From NCBI RefSeq assembly GCF_009834535.1, contig NC_045697.1, positions 79,548,001 through 79,612,000 on the forward strand: DNA of 64,000 nt. Direction: 5' to 3'. Of this stretch, positions 1 through 13,174 are shown one piece after another; positions within the stretch are counted from its first letter, which is position 1; each line of letters begins with the position of its first letter. Below the pieces are notes generated by a model. The model was not told the DNA's origin, searched no databases, and worked only from the letters and a program-made list of their open reading frames with translations. Position numbers and translations under genes: made by a program. The DNA comes from Camelus ferus. Taxonomy: Eukaryota.

Positions 1-99
1 GGAAGGCCATTTAATTGGGGCCATTAATGGAATCAATCTATTACACTTGTCTAAGTTCAACTCAGAATTTTCCTTGGTTTCTCTGTTCCCCTTACTTTT

Positions 100-270
100 C
101 ATGCAGTTAGTTGATCTTGTCTTCTTCCTTCTTCCTTTGAAATAGAATCAACCCTTTCTCTTCACCAGTGCCCGTGAATGGTGATTGATTTAAGACCTGA
201 CCATCGCTCTCCTGCATTACTATAATAGTCTTTGCACTGGTAGGCTCTCCCAACCCCCACCCTGCAGCTC
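100..270 (+). mobile_element. L2 fragment
   Basis: Pyrimidine-rich L2-like motif (accatcgctctcctgcattactataatagtc). Confidence 0.45.
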
Positions 271-1669
271 CCTATCAATTTGGTTTCCCTTTTCTGGAAA
301 TTCCAACCCACAGCCCCAGAGAAGTTTTAGCTCTCTTGGTCCTGTGCCCCATCTGGAGCTCTGGGGATTGTGGACATACAGTTTGGGTGAGCCTGTTACA
401 GATTCTGTGCTGTATGTTCTTCCAGCATTGGATATGGTATCAGAAAACATCCCAAGGACTCATGTTCCATTCATCAGTAATATCCCTGGTTAAATGGGAG
501 TGGAGCAGTTTTTACTGTAGTCAGTGCTGATGAAGATTCCAGTTCCCCGCAGAACACTCATCAGCAGAGCATCAGCTGTGGATGCATCAGATGCATCCAG
601 CTGCATCAGCATTGGAAACAGATTCTGGAGGCCTCTAATGCTGGGGTCACAGAAGTTCACTAAAGCAGATCTTGTTGTGAATGCAGTGCCTCTCTGTGGT
701 ATCTCCCTTTGGGTATGCCTCTGCTGATGCCTTGTAGAACCTTAAACCTTCATTCTTTCTACGAGAACAGCAGTTGGTGCCACAAACAGCAGTTAGTGCC
801 TCTGGCTCAATATTTCTAAAAGAAAATCTCTTATGGCCAAAAATCTGGGTCAGATACTGGAATATTTCCACCATGAGGATGAAGTGAGGAAGTGTTTGAG
901 GAGGACTATGACCTCAGGACCATCATGGTGGAAATTAGCAAGTGTCTCATCCAGATCCAGCCCAATGTCTTCTTTTTGTTTATGGCCCTAGGACACAGGG
1001 GATGGAGGAAGGAACTGAAAGTTTGATGCCAATTTACCATGCTGATCCGAGGAGCTCTAGAGCTTTGTGGCAAAGAATGAAGCCCCAACTCCTCAGCATG
1101 GTTAGTAAGGACTTCCATAACTTGACCTCAGGTGTGAAGACAGGTGATCTTGCCACAGAGAAGTGACAATGCAGAGAGCATGAATTCGGCCATTCCCCCG
1201 CTGGTGCCTCACACGTGGATTACCCTCCCCTTTTGCCTGGCCAATATTTAATCTCCTAAAATCTGGCTTAAAAGATTATGAAGAATTGTTTCGAGGGGAC
1301 AAGAAGGCAGTAAAGGGAACTGTAGCCTCACTATGCTATGTAATACAGCATAACCCAGGGGAAGAAGTGTATGTTCAGGAGGAGAGGCCCAAGACCCTTG
1401 CTGTTTGGTCGTTTTATAACCATCAAGTCCATCTTATTATCTGCTGGTGAAGTTGCTTTCTTCTTCTGTTACACTTTCAACAGAAGTTACCTCGCCCATT
1501 TCCCACCAGAGGGAGGAGGTTATTGTACTGGGGATCACCTGTCCTGGGGCTGTACCAGAAACATGAAGGGAGGTTGGAAAAAAATGCAGATTCCCACTGC
1601 AGATTTACCAACTGAGAACCTCCAGAATGGGGCCTAACAATCTGTACTTTTCTCTATATTCTATTTTAC

Positions 1670-2181
1670 TTATTTTTAATATATATATATATTTGTAATT
1701 GAAGTATAGTCAGTTTCAATGTGAAGTATAGTCAGTTTCTGCACAGGACAATGTCCCAGCCATGCATATACATATATATATTCATTTTCATTAAAGGTTA
1801 TTACAAGATATTGAACATAGTTCCCTGTGTTATACAGCAGAAACTTTTTTAAAATTATTTTTAATATAGTGGCTACCATTTGCAAATATCAAGCTCCCAA
1901 ATTTATCCCATCCCCTGGTAACTATTAGATTGTTTACTATGTCTGCGAGTCTGTTTCTGTTTTGTAGATGAGTTCATTAGTGTCCTCTTTTTTCTTTTTT
2001 TTTTTTAGATTCCATATTTGAGTGATATCACATGGTATTTTTTTGTCTCTTTCTGGCTTACTTCACTTAGAATGATGATATTCAGGTCCATCCATGTTGC
2101 TGCAAATGGTATTATTTTACTTTTTTTTAATCACAGAGTAGTATTCCACTGTATAAATATATACCACAACTTCTTTATCCA
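1670..2181 (-). mobile_element. LINE-1 3' end (artiodactyl/camelid type)
   Basis: ttgaagtatagtcagtt...ctggcttacttcacttagaatga...ttctttatcc matches an L1 3' UTR and ORF2 end. Confidence 0.9.
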
Positions 2182-2558
2182 GAAAATTTGTATTTTTATT
2201 TAACTTTTAAACAATGTATTAGGTTTTTAAAAATACAGAAAAATAATAAAAAAACATAAAATGACCCATGTTCCTCTATTCAGATAAACCGTATCTGGCA
2301 GTAGGAAAAGAATAGAAATATGAACAGAATTTGGAACACTAATATAGTAAAGCTTCCCTCCACCCTCCTCCCTTTAGTCCACTGACTAAAAAGTAATACC
2401 TCATTGCTTTCCTGTGCTTCTATCTAGATAATATTTTGGGAATCTACTTTTTGGGGACTAAATATACATACATAATGTACAACTAGTCTTATTACAACAT
2501 GAGAACTCTAAAACATATCTGTGTCCCTTGCTAGTTCCTCTTCCCTCATTTCTTTCTT

Positions 2559-3007
2559 TTTATTTTATTTTTTTTGCTTTTCACTTTTTTATTACTCAAA
2601 AAAGCTTCATTTTTAAATTTAGCTTTCTGACCCTGTGCTTGTGCTTTCAACACCTTCACACTGATTTTCTGCTCCTCAGTGAGGAAAGCATGCCTGATCC
2701 TGTCACGGACACATTCAGCACACATGGAACCACCATGAGCCCAGAGGACGCGTTTTAGACAGTCTCCTAAGAACTTTAGGTCTCACAGCGCGAACTCCTC
2801 AAAGTCGGCCTGGGCACACGCCACATGCGGATTTTGGTGCTTTCCCAACTTTCTTGGTATAAAGGTAAACAATTCTATTACCAGGGGTTCAGGACAGCCT
2901 AGTTTTGTTAGAGGCTGTATTGTAGGCCAGCCTATGATCATATGTCAAAAGCTGGACCAACCATTCTGAATGCCTCTAGATACTGTCTCTGGAAGGGGAA
3001 AAAGGAA
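2559..3007 (-). pseudogene. RPL34: RPL34 (60S ribosomal protein L34) processed pseudogene
   Basis: Minus strand from ATG at 2964 reads (4-bp insertion) [65 protein letters not shown], then further frameshifted homology ending [13 protein letters not shown], matching RPL34. Intronless, with a pyrimidine-rich 5' end, AATAAA and an A-rich tail near 2560-2592. Imperfect TSD at 2546-2558 and 3008-3020. Confidence 0.96.
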
Positions 3008-3211
3008 TCATTTTCTTCTTAAACTGGGCACTCTGCAAAATCCACTCTCAGCTCTCTTCTTTCACCATTGGCCAGGTGTGATAGCCCCCATCCTGGAGAA
3101 ACCAGGAGAGACACCTTCATGCATTCAATTTGTGCAGAGGCAGGTTAGGTTGGCTTAACCTTTGTGTGGTAATTGGTACAATTTATATTTCCACTCAGTG
3201 TTTATTGAATG

Positions 3212-3559
3212 TGTCTTAGTCTGTTCGGGCTGCTATAACCACATACCACAGACTAGGTAGCTTATAAACAATAGAAGTTTATTTCTTACAGTTCTGGAGG
3301 CTGGAAGTCCAAGGTCAGGATGTCAGCATGGTCCTGTGAGGATCCCCTTCCTCACTGCCAGCTTCTCATTGTATCCTCACATGGCCAAAGAGGCTAGGGA
3401 GCTCTCTGGGCCTCTTTATAAGAGTGCTAATCCATGCATGATGACTCCACCTTTATACCTAACCACCTTCCAAAGGCTCTACCTCCTAATGTTATAACAT
3501 TAAGCCTTAGAATTTCAAAATATGAATTGTGGGAGGACACAAACATTCAGACCATAGCA
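3212..3559 (-). mobile_element. MaLR solo LTR (MLT1A-like)
   Basis: tgtcttagtctgttcgggctgctataac...ggacacaaacattcagaccatagca, with TG..CA termini. Confidence 0.88.
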
Positions 3560-3689
3560 CAGTGCTTTCAAAGTGGGCTAAGTAGCATAAGAGTTAGATA
3601 TGAATTAAGGCTTCCATCATGCCCTTAAGGAAGGAGCTTCCTAAAAAAAAAAAAAAAAAAAAAAAGCGAGGAGCTTCCATCCATGTGTT

Positions 3690-4630
3690 GTCAGAGAACT
3701 AAATAACTAAGTACTATATGCCTGGAAGACAGGAAGCTCTCATAGAGGTGTAAGAAATGTGCCGCTGGCGGCACAAAGAGGACTGATTCATGAGTTCTGA
3801 TAGGCAAGTCACATTTGAGCTGGTCTTTGAAGGATAGAAAGTGAAATGGTAAAGAAAGAGGAGTGGCAATGGAAGGTGAAATCCAGACCCAAGGAGAAGC
3901 ATGAGTGAAAGTGTGGAGTAGGACCACACTTTCCACGGGAAGGCAGGCGTTTAAAAATTTATCGTCAGTTTAAACAGTTGAGATTTACAGATAGTGGGAA
4001 GTTTTGAAAGTTTTTGAGAAGAGATTTAACAGGATAAGACTTATGTTTAGGAAAATAACTCTATATTATTTGTGAGCAACAGGGTCACAGAGAGAGTTAA
4101 ATCCCAGGAAAATCATCTTTTGGAAATCCCAGCAATGGGATGATATTGATATGCAACACAATCTTCTTCCCTCTCATGGGTTTTGTCCAGCAGAAGTGTG
4201 AGGGATGGACTTGCATGGAGATCAACCAGTGGTGAATAAACCAGTTCCTGCAGTGCAGTAGTGAGAGTAAGAAAGGAGAGGAGGACATAAGAGACTTGCT
4301 AAGGTAGAGTCACGACTTGTGACCAGCTGGGGCAGGTAAGAGAAGAAGTATAATAGGTAACTTTTAAGATTTCTAAGCCAAGAGACTAGGTGACTGTTAG
4401 GTATCATTCACTGAGATGGGAGAGCAGGAAAAGGAGCAGGCTGTAGGGTAGAAGTGGTCAGGGAGAGGGGTAGGAAGGTCAAAGCTTATTACTTTGCTGA
4501 GTGTGAGTTACCCTGGGGATATTCAGTGAGAGAGCTTTAGCAGGCAGATAGGAACTCACATCTGGAGCCCACAAGAGAGGTCAGAACCAGGAAGTACAGG
4601 TTTATAAACAGAGGCCTTGTGAGGTTGAGA
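3690..4630 (-). mobile_element. L2 fragments
   Basis: Purine-rich antisense L2 motifs (gtcacatttgagctggtctttgaaggat; cattcactgagatggg). Confidence 0.65.
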
Positions 4631-4641
4631 TTGCCTGGCAG

Positions 4642-4824
4642 CAGTGGTTTTCCACACTTCAGCACACATCAGAGTTACCTAAAGGCCTTGTTAAAGCTCA
4701 TGCAGGGCCTTAACCCTGGAGTTTCTGATGTAGTCTGGGATGGGCCCAGTAATTTGCAGCTCTAACAAATTCCCAGGGGATGCTGCTGCTACTGACCTGG
4801 GGAACACACTTGGAGAAGCATCAG
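4642..4824. mobile_element. MER5A-like hAT DNA transposon (MITE)
   Basis: cagtggttttccacactt...tctaacaaattcccaggggatgctgctgct...cacacttggagaagca. Confidence 0.85.
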
Positions 4825-5129
4825 CCTAAAGAAACATGTAGTGAAAGAAGAGGGCTGAGAGTGGGAATTGGGGGGTGTCCAGGTTAAGAAGCAAGTAAAG
4901 GGAGAGGAGCTAGTGAGAGCTATTATGGATATATCTTCGAGTTCCCTTGCATAGTAATGAAAATAATTGTACCTTAAATGTGTACATTATACCTATACAT
5001 TTGCATATAAAATATGCACATTTTCAGGTATACAGTTAAGTAAGAAGTATCAGAAGAGAACTGGAATCTCAGAAATCTGGTCTTTTTTCCCCAAATATTT
5101 TATTATTATTATTATTTTTAATATATGTA

Positions 5130-5214
5130 TATTTTTAAATGGAGGTACTGGAGATTGAACTCAGGACCTTATACATGCTAAGCAGATGCTGTACCACTGA
5201 GCTATACCCATCCC
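5130..5214 (-). mobile_element. tRNA-derived SINE (camelid type)
   Basis: ggaggtactggagattgaactcaggacct...accactgagctataccc contains reverse Pol III B and A boxes. Confidence 0.88.
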
Positions 5215-5670
5215 TGCATCCCCACTTCCCCGAAAGTCCGGTCTTTTTTGAGGAGCCCCTCTCACTTGGTTTAATTCCTGAATGGCTTTCATTTGGGAGT
5301 CATCCACTTCCTACAAGTTTCAGCATTTAGTTCTCCATTAACTGATCAGCTTAACCTACTCCTGGAATTAAAAAGTCAAACCAAGTTAAAATCTGAGGAT
5401 TCATTTGAGTTGCTTCTAAAAATTGAAATGGATTTTAATTTTTCTTATGAGGAAAATGAAAATATTGGTAACAAAAATAGCTCAGTGAGTGTTGGTGTAA
5501 TATGTTCTTGCTAACTGGGGTAAGTGGTTTTGATATATAGTTTAGTTTGAGGGGTGAGCTACAGCTGACCAGAATATGCACATAGAAGACTCAAACAAAC
5601 AAAATCACATTGTGGGAAACTTGCTCATCAAGGTAAATTTTTAAAAACCCCTGCTAATAAAAATACTGGA

Positions 5671-5890
5671 GGGGGGTGGAGGGTGGGAAGGGATAGACTG
5701 GGATTTCAAAATTGTAGAATAGACTACACTGTATAGCACAGGGAAATATACACAAAATGTTATGATAACTCACAGAGAAAAAAATGTGACAATGAGTGTG
5801 TATATGTCCATGAATAACTGAAAAATTGTGCTGAACACTGGAATTTGACACAACATTGTAAAATGATTATAAATCAATAAAAAATGTTAA
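5671..5890 (+). mobile_element. Young L1 3' UTR fragment
   Basis: Same 3' UTR family as the 48.5-kb L1. TSD AAAAATACTGGA at 5659-5670 and 5891-5902. Confidence 0.92.
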
Positions 5891-6003
5891 AAAAATACTG
5901 GAAAGTATAGAAATTAGTTAAAAAATATATCTATAATTCCATATTTGAGAAATAACCACCTCACTATGAAGATTTAGGTATTTCTTTTTAGTTTCATATA
6001 TAT

Positions 6004-6519
6004 TGTAGGGGAAGAAAACATTTTTTTTTTTTTTTTTTTTTACTACCTGCTTAGGTTCTCTGGCTGGGGCCTTATAAATTGGACTGACAAAAGACAAATT
6101 AACAAGAAGAAGGCAAACAAATTTAAGTTTTATGTGACATGGAGCCTTCTTAAGGGAATGAAAACCTGAAAAAGCAGTTAAACCTGAGTGTTTTTATACT
6201 AGATTTGATGAAGAGTAGATAGTCATAGAAAAATGTGATAGGGTAAAAAAGAATGAGCTAAGGGTAGTAACTGGGGCAAACTTAGCAAGATCTGTTCATT
6301 CAGATTCTTCTTGGCACCTCTCTGTCTCTAGAGATAATGATACTCCTTTCTTCCAGGTATAAGGAGGGCACCTCTTATGTGAGGGTCTTATGACCTGTTT
6401 CAGAAGAGAGAGGGGAAGTCAGAGAGTCCTTTCTGCATTTGTCATTTCTCAAATTCATTTAGTTTATTCAATATGTCAAAGTGCCACATTTGAGGGTCAG
6501 TATGTTCTGAGCTCTATCA
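6004..6519 (-). mobile_element. ERV1 solo LTR (MER34-like)
   Basis: The minus strand starts tgatagagctcagaacatac..ggcactttgacatattg, like MER34. TG..CA termini and a 4-bp ATAT TSD. Confidence 0.75.
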
Positions 6520-9500
6520 ATATTTAGAAACTTGAAATCAAATAATTGATTTAATTTATATCATGCTTTTTTCCACTGACCATTGTAATGTGGATATGGA
6601 CATGTAGTATCTTTTAGAAACTATTTTTTATTGGCGGCAGTGCATTCTACCGTTTACCGTTGTATCATGATTTAATTATTGCTTCAAGTTATATCCTTTT
6701 TAAAATTTATTCTATTAAAATATAGTGAGGTAAAGATTAATATTATTTTTTGTATGATGGGGAATTTCTACTAAAATGCCATAAACAGAAATGAACCTTT
6801 GGAAACATTCTCTTTGCTGTTTAGATGTTTAGATGATACCTCATCTTAGTCTAATGGATGCATCTAGTGCTTACATATGCTTAACAGTTTTACTTTTTTC
6901 AATTTCTTTCATTTTGTTAGACGTGAGTCATCTGCTTGAGACAGTTTTTTTTTCTAATTGTATATGTGTACTTTTAACAATACTTAGTAGCAAACATGTA
7001 TTAAACTATGTATCAAGAAATATTAGGTGTTATGGGAAATTACAGATGTAAGTAAAATGTGGCCTCTGCTTTCAGAGAGATCATATGTAGTGAGGCAAAA
7101 ATATGACAAGACTATAAATGATAATCAAATTTAGTTTACTGGTCAGCCACTCTGATCTAAAGTTCCAAATTAAAAGAAAGCAGTTGTTAAGCAATAGAAA
7201 TTACATGTGTATTTCCTCCCTTCTCTAGTGTTAGGGAAAAAAAATCATTGTGTTAAGTATGAACATTGATTATAAAATGCATCCCTGTTTCAGAAACATT
7301 AAATGTGAAAACATACATATTTCAGAATTGAGAAACTATAATTTATATGTATGTGTCTGATATCTATCTACCTACTCACCTATCATTTACCTATGTTTCG
7401 GCTTTTGAGCTACATTTCTTTTCCTCTTATATTACTTAAGGGAGTCTCATTTTAGGGCTGTTTTCATGGCCCTTTAACTCTTCTACCTGCCTCCAGTCAC
7501 TTCTGAGCTTGCTTATTACTTCCAGACTAATATTCCCAATCCTCAGCTTTCATCAGAACATAGTGAAAACAAAGTCCATGCTGGCCCTGGGGCCACAGCT
7601 GATCCTGGGATTGTCAAGACAGTTGATCTTTGTATTGGTCACAAACAAGACTATGGTCCTTCTGATAAGAACAGCAGAACCTTGAGGAGGCAATCAGGTG
7701 GCTGTCGCCAGCCCTTCTCTTTCTGTAGTTGTTGGATTGGATAGCTCAACAGATGAGGTGTGGAGAAAGCACACTGGATATAGTATACCAGAGTTTGAAG
7801 CCCACCTTTGTTACCTATCTTGGTGTGTTTAATGAGGTCCCATGTAGTTTTGGTCAGCTTTTCTAGATCAGGGTAATAACCATTCTAGCTCCCTCTGAAG
7901 ACTGGTGAAAAAGAAATCAGCTCTGTGTAGGAAAGTGCTTTCAAGAGGATATGTTATTTTACAAGTATATAAAAGTTAAATTTTGTCAGTACCCTGCTGC
8001 TTCAGGGGCTGGCTAAACACAAATCCTGAAATGTTATGACTTCCAATCAATTGCAATGTCAACAAACAAACATCTATGGAGGATACAGTGAGACCTCATA
8101 GTGCTCATTGGGTCCTCTACTGGGGAGACAGGGGCAAATAGAGCACAGTTCCTTTCCTTAAGGGGTTTGTCATGTCTGCCTCCTCTGAAGCAGGTCCCTG
8201 TACCTTGCTTACCCCCTTGCAATAAATAGTTGTGTCACGGAACCAAATCTTTGAGAGTGGATATCGGGTTGCTGGATTATTCCTGTTTATGTTTGGGGGG
8301 TGGGAGCAGGATGAGAGAGTGGCTTGACTGTCAGATAACCATCCCACACACCACTGTCTGGAACTGCATTTGCTGCTTTGCTAATTTTTTGTATGGGGAA
8401 AACTGAACTTGTAATAACTTCTGCCTTCTCAACATCGCCTTTTTCAGGAAGCTCTAGTACTTACCACTGATTTCTGACTTGCTAGCTTTTACATCCAGCT
8501 GGACTTCTAGGGAAGTCTAGTTTGTCCCAAAGTGGTCAGAAATGAAAGCCTGCTTCTGTGCAGGTTTCCTTATTGTCACTCAGTTTGTGTGATCTGCAGC
8601 TTCAACACTGTCTTCTTGGACTGTGGAAATACTCTTTGGGTGAGGTCCTGGTATATTTTCTATAGCTACATATGTCTTATAAATGAGGAATAGGTAAATT
8701 TTTCTGAAAATCCTGCATTTTCTTTAAAAATCTCTTTGTTCTTTTTAACAATTCAGTGTAATAGTACATAGATCATTTGCTTTTCATTTACTCACATAAT
8801 TATCTCAATTTTACAAATGTACTAGAGACAGTCTCAGGCTTTACCACCAGATTTAGCATTTTTCTCAAAATTTTTCCTGGAGGGTGTAGTACTGTACATG
8901 ACTGTTTTATGTAAGCATTTAAATATATTTTAATTTCCTTTACATGATTATTTTATCAAACCATCTTCTCTTGCTTTCACCTGAACGTAATTTTAAAGTA
9001 GGATTGTGGAGCAAATAAAAAATTTATGATAGAGCCTGACTCTGTTTTCCCAGAACAAGGGATGTATTGTAGAGCATCTTTCAAGGTTCCCTTTCCCCAG
9101 GAACTCTGCCAGAAGACGGAGTCCTCCTCCCAGAGCCCCTCTTTGCTGCACCCAGTCTTTAGAAGTCAATGAAAACTCTGCAGTTGGAAGGTGCATTAGC
9201 CTCAGAGAGGCTGGCAGGAAGTTAATTTCCTTGTGTATCCCCAGTCAAGGACAATGCCATTAAAGGCTGCAAAACTACAATATCGCAGAGTAAAGATTTT
9301 CAAATTCTATTACTGGCACACCATTAAGACACTTTCATTTTATTTTGACCCAGGGCTGGAAACCCAAGTAAGAAAGCACAAGTAGTTGAGGTAGAACACA
9401 ACTTTGATTATGATGAAAACAAGTGAATTCTACAAGGGAATCTCTATACTGAGTTAGCTGTAGAGTAGCTCTCTGGGTGTTTGTTATACTTTAATGACCA

Positions 9501-9729
9501 TAGTTGAATCTGTTTAATTTTCAATGGTATTTCCCTTTTAAAAATGCTATTTGTTGGTAATGCCTTGAAAGACTGCACTGGCAAATTTCTGACTTCCATT
9601 CCTGCTGCCGGTGATAACAGTATTTTATATATTCTTCTAGAAGTAATGAAAAACATCTAAGTTGTCTAAAAAGTAGAAATAGGCTCATATCCTTTAATAT
9701 TAATTTAAAAATTATTGTGTAAGAGACTG

Positions 9730-10240
9730 TCAACCATTAGTAAGATTTGACCCTATCTGGATCCTTATTTAAAAAAAAAGTTGTAAAAAACACAAAAAAA
9801 CAAAAAACTTAACATATTATTTCTTATTCCTGGCTGGTTACACGGGAATGTTCACTTTGTAAAAATTCAGCAAGCTGTGTACTTACAAATACTGCAACAC
9901 AAAATATACATATAAGTATTTATGAGACAAACAATGAAATTGAAGCAGTGATCAGATATTTCATAATGTTAACATGTTGTTAATTCTTAAAATGTGAAAA
10001 TTTTTTATTATGTTTCTAAAAATCCTTATATTTTAAAGATATATAATGAAGTACTTATGGATGAAGTCTAGAATTCCCTTAAAAATAATCTAATGTATGT
10101 TTCTGGGGAAGAGGGTAGAAGTGAAACATGTTGGTCACGAATTGCTAATTTTAAAGCAAAGTGACTGGTACATTTGGTTTATTATAGTAGTCTCCTTGCT
10201 TTTGTTTATATTTATAGTTTTCCATAAAAAGAAGTGAAAA
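9730..10240 (+). mobile_element. Old L1 (L1M) 3' fragments
   Basis: ggttacacgggaatgttcactttgtaaaaattc and gaagtacttatggatgaa are L1M 3' UTR-like. Confidence 0.6.
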
Positions 10241-10834
10241 ATATTTTCATGAAATAGTCCAGCTGTCCAAAAAGCTATAGAATATGATAGTAGCTGAATA
10301 AAATAGTGCTTTTTTAAAAAAAAATTAATCACCTCTAACTTTTATTTTGTATTCAGGGACACAATCAACCAGGATAGGAGGATTCTTTGCTCTGTCAAGA
10401 AGGCATATTTAAAAGCTAGCAAGCATCAGAGCAGAATTAAGTGCCAAGTCTATAAAAGAGACAGGGGGAAAATTACTAATAGTTATTTATTGCTATGCAA
10501 AGTTAACATATTACAACATAATATAAATATATTCAAAAGCTTCATTTCCAATACTTGACATTTCAGATTTTGAAAACACTAAAATTATTGTCAAACAAAA
10601 CTCAGACCAGATGATGTGCTTAATAAATGTTAACTTATTTAATCTTCCCTATACCCCTGTAAGATATATATTATTATTATCCTCATTTTACAGATAAAGA
10701 AATTAGGTTAAACAAATTGTCTAGGGTCATAGAGCTAAATAATGGTGGATCCACATGGGTTCCTGTGAACGCATGTGTATCCTCTTTTAGCTTAAGAAAT
10801 AAAACCTTTTTAACAGAGTCAAAGACCACTTACA

Positions 10835-10920
10835 TGTGAGGTTGACCCATATATGACATTGCTATTTTTGCAGATCAAAAATCGTGGAACATTGGCAATG
10901 TCATGTGGTTTAACCCAACA
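10835..10920. mobile_element. MADE2-like mariner-derived MITE
   Basis: ~85-bp element with degenerate terminal inverted repeats: aggttgacccatat..gacattgc and gcaatgtcatgtggtttaaccc. Confidence 0.75.
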
Positions 10921-12299
10921 CCTTGTCCCAATTTTATCCTCCTCCCAACCCCCAGATAACTACCATCATTCCTATGCATTTATTTGTCCTCTTACTTCTT
11001 GTATATGTGTCCCTAACAGTAGATAGAATTGTTTCTCATGTTTTAAGATTTTATATGAATGACATAATACTGTTAGCATTTTAGCAAGTTGCATTTGCCC
11101 TCAATTTATGTTTAAGATATACATTTATTTTGATGTTTTATGAATATATTGTGGTATACTCATACTCTGGGGTACTATACAATAGTGAAAATATATAAAC
11201 TAAAGCTAAACTTTTCATTTTTTCTTATTTACAGTGTCACTTATTAGTCTTTGGTGTACTTTCCATTTCAGAAACACAGATCTACATCATTCCTTTTCAT
11301 TAGCTGCATAGTATCTATTCATTGTATGGGTAAAGTAATTTATTAGTTTATAAGTTAAACATTTAGGTGGTTTTCAATCTTTTGTTATGACAAGCAATGC
11401 TCCTACAAATATATATGGCATACTTGTATGAGTATGTTCAAAGGATAAACTCCCATCAATAATGGCAACTTATATACTTTAAAATTAATGGGTAAAAATG
11501 CCTCATTAAACTTCTTTTGCTTCTCAAATATATTTGATTGGATTTTACTTGCTGCTCCCTGAAAATAGTCCAGATGGTTCTTTCTCACTGATTCTCATGA
11601 CAGACTATATTTCATCTGTTCTCACAGAAAAATATAGCTCCCCATAGGAGCAACTGGAAGTGTACATAGATAGACAAAGCAGATAATGTGGTTGAGCTGG
11701 AAAAGGTTTACTCAGTTAGACACAGTGGCCAATAAAGTAAAACAAGAGGGAAAGAACCAGAAATATATATAGAGAGGGAGTCTACATATAGTAATATGTT
11801 ATCTTGTAGAAATAACCTCAGTGAAGCTTTGGTGAAACAGCTGCTTGCTCTAGAGAGAAATCCATCTTCAAGGGTCTGGGGGCTGTGGATGTAAATGAAG
11901 GAAGAGCTTGTACATCTGCATTGTTGATGAGGCTATTTATCCTTTTTTACTGCCCAGTCTCTCATGCTTCTTTTGCTACCTCCCCTTGATTGGTAATATA
12001 TCTTTTTGCCTCAGTCTGGATTATGAACAGCCTTTCTGGTGACCCACAATGCTTGAGACTCTTGGAAGTAGTGACTCTTTCTCTCATAAAACCTGAAAAG
12101 ATAAAAGGAAGCCTGAGCCTTAGTAATGAATATTGGGCACACCAAGGTGAATCTTCTCTGCCAGGCTGCTGTGGCCCTTGTGCTGTGGTACACACATTTG
12201 TAGAAAGAGGTGAGAAGTGCTGGAATGACTTTGGAAAATAAATTGTTACCACTTTTTTTTTTTTTCACTTCTGGGAATGTGTGTGTGTGTATATGTGTG

Positions 12300-12612
12300 T
12301 GTGGTCTTAATTCTTATTTTTTATTGAAGTGTAATCCTGATTTGCAACATTAGTTTAAGTGTACAGCAAAGCAATTCAGTTATACATACATGTATATATA
12401 TATATTTTTTTTTTTTTGCAGATTCTTATCAATTACAGCTCATTACAAGAAATTTAATATAGTTTCTTGTACTATACAGTAGGTCCTTGTTGTTTACCTG
12501 TTTTGTTGTCAATCTATTGCTATATAGTAATGTGTATCTGTTAATACCAAACTCCTAATCTATCCCTCCCTCACCCTTTCCCGCCTGGTAACCACAGTTT
12601 GTTTCTATGTCA
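12300..12612 (-). mobile_element. LINE-1 3' end
   Basis: ttattgaagtgta...tgtactatacagtaggtccttgttg...ctggtaaccacagtttgtttctatgtc. Confidence 0.85.
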
Positions 12613-13174
12613 CTTGGTGTGTTTTTTTTGTTTGTTTGTTTTGTTTTTAATTGTAAGCTTTTCTGTTATTCCCATGTTAGCAATCCTTAGTAGCCAACGT
12701 TCCTGCATTGTAGGTTGATTCTTAGTTGAGATTATTTTGGGAAACTGAATACTTGCTTTTTTTTCCCCTGACTATTAAGCATGTTTTGTAAAAGATTTCA
12801 GCTTGTATCCCTGCCCTCATTTCAGAGAGAGTCGAGGAAGATATTTCAATTAGAGAATTATGGTTAAACATTTTCTTCAAGTGTAGTACTAGACATAAGA
12901 AAGAATTTTAACATCTTATTTCTTTAAACTTTCTTGCTACTTATGCTTTAAAAATCCTTATAAAGCAGACCGAGTTATCATGCATTACCAATTGGAACCA
13001 TAAAGCCTTTAATATTTAAATTCAACTACAAGAAAAATCAATCTTATTTTGAGATAGCCTATAAATTTTTTACAATGTTGACCAAAATATTTTGGCTTGC
13101 AAAATCCATTCTTCACTGTGTGTAAAAAAAAAAAAAATATGGCAATGTGAGATTTGGATGTAGATGTATATCTT

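Noticed and set aside
860..1420. Faint resemblance of the fragments to bornavirus N, DET1 or MRPS22
   Set aside because: Only short motif echoes from memory, with inconsistent spacing; not supportable without a search.
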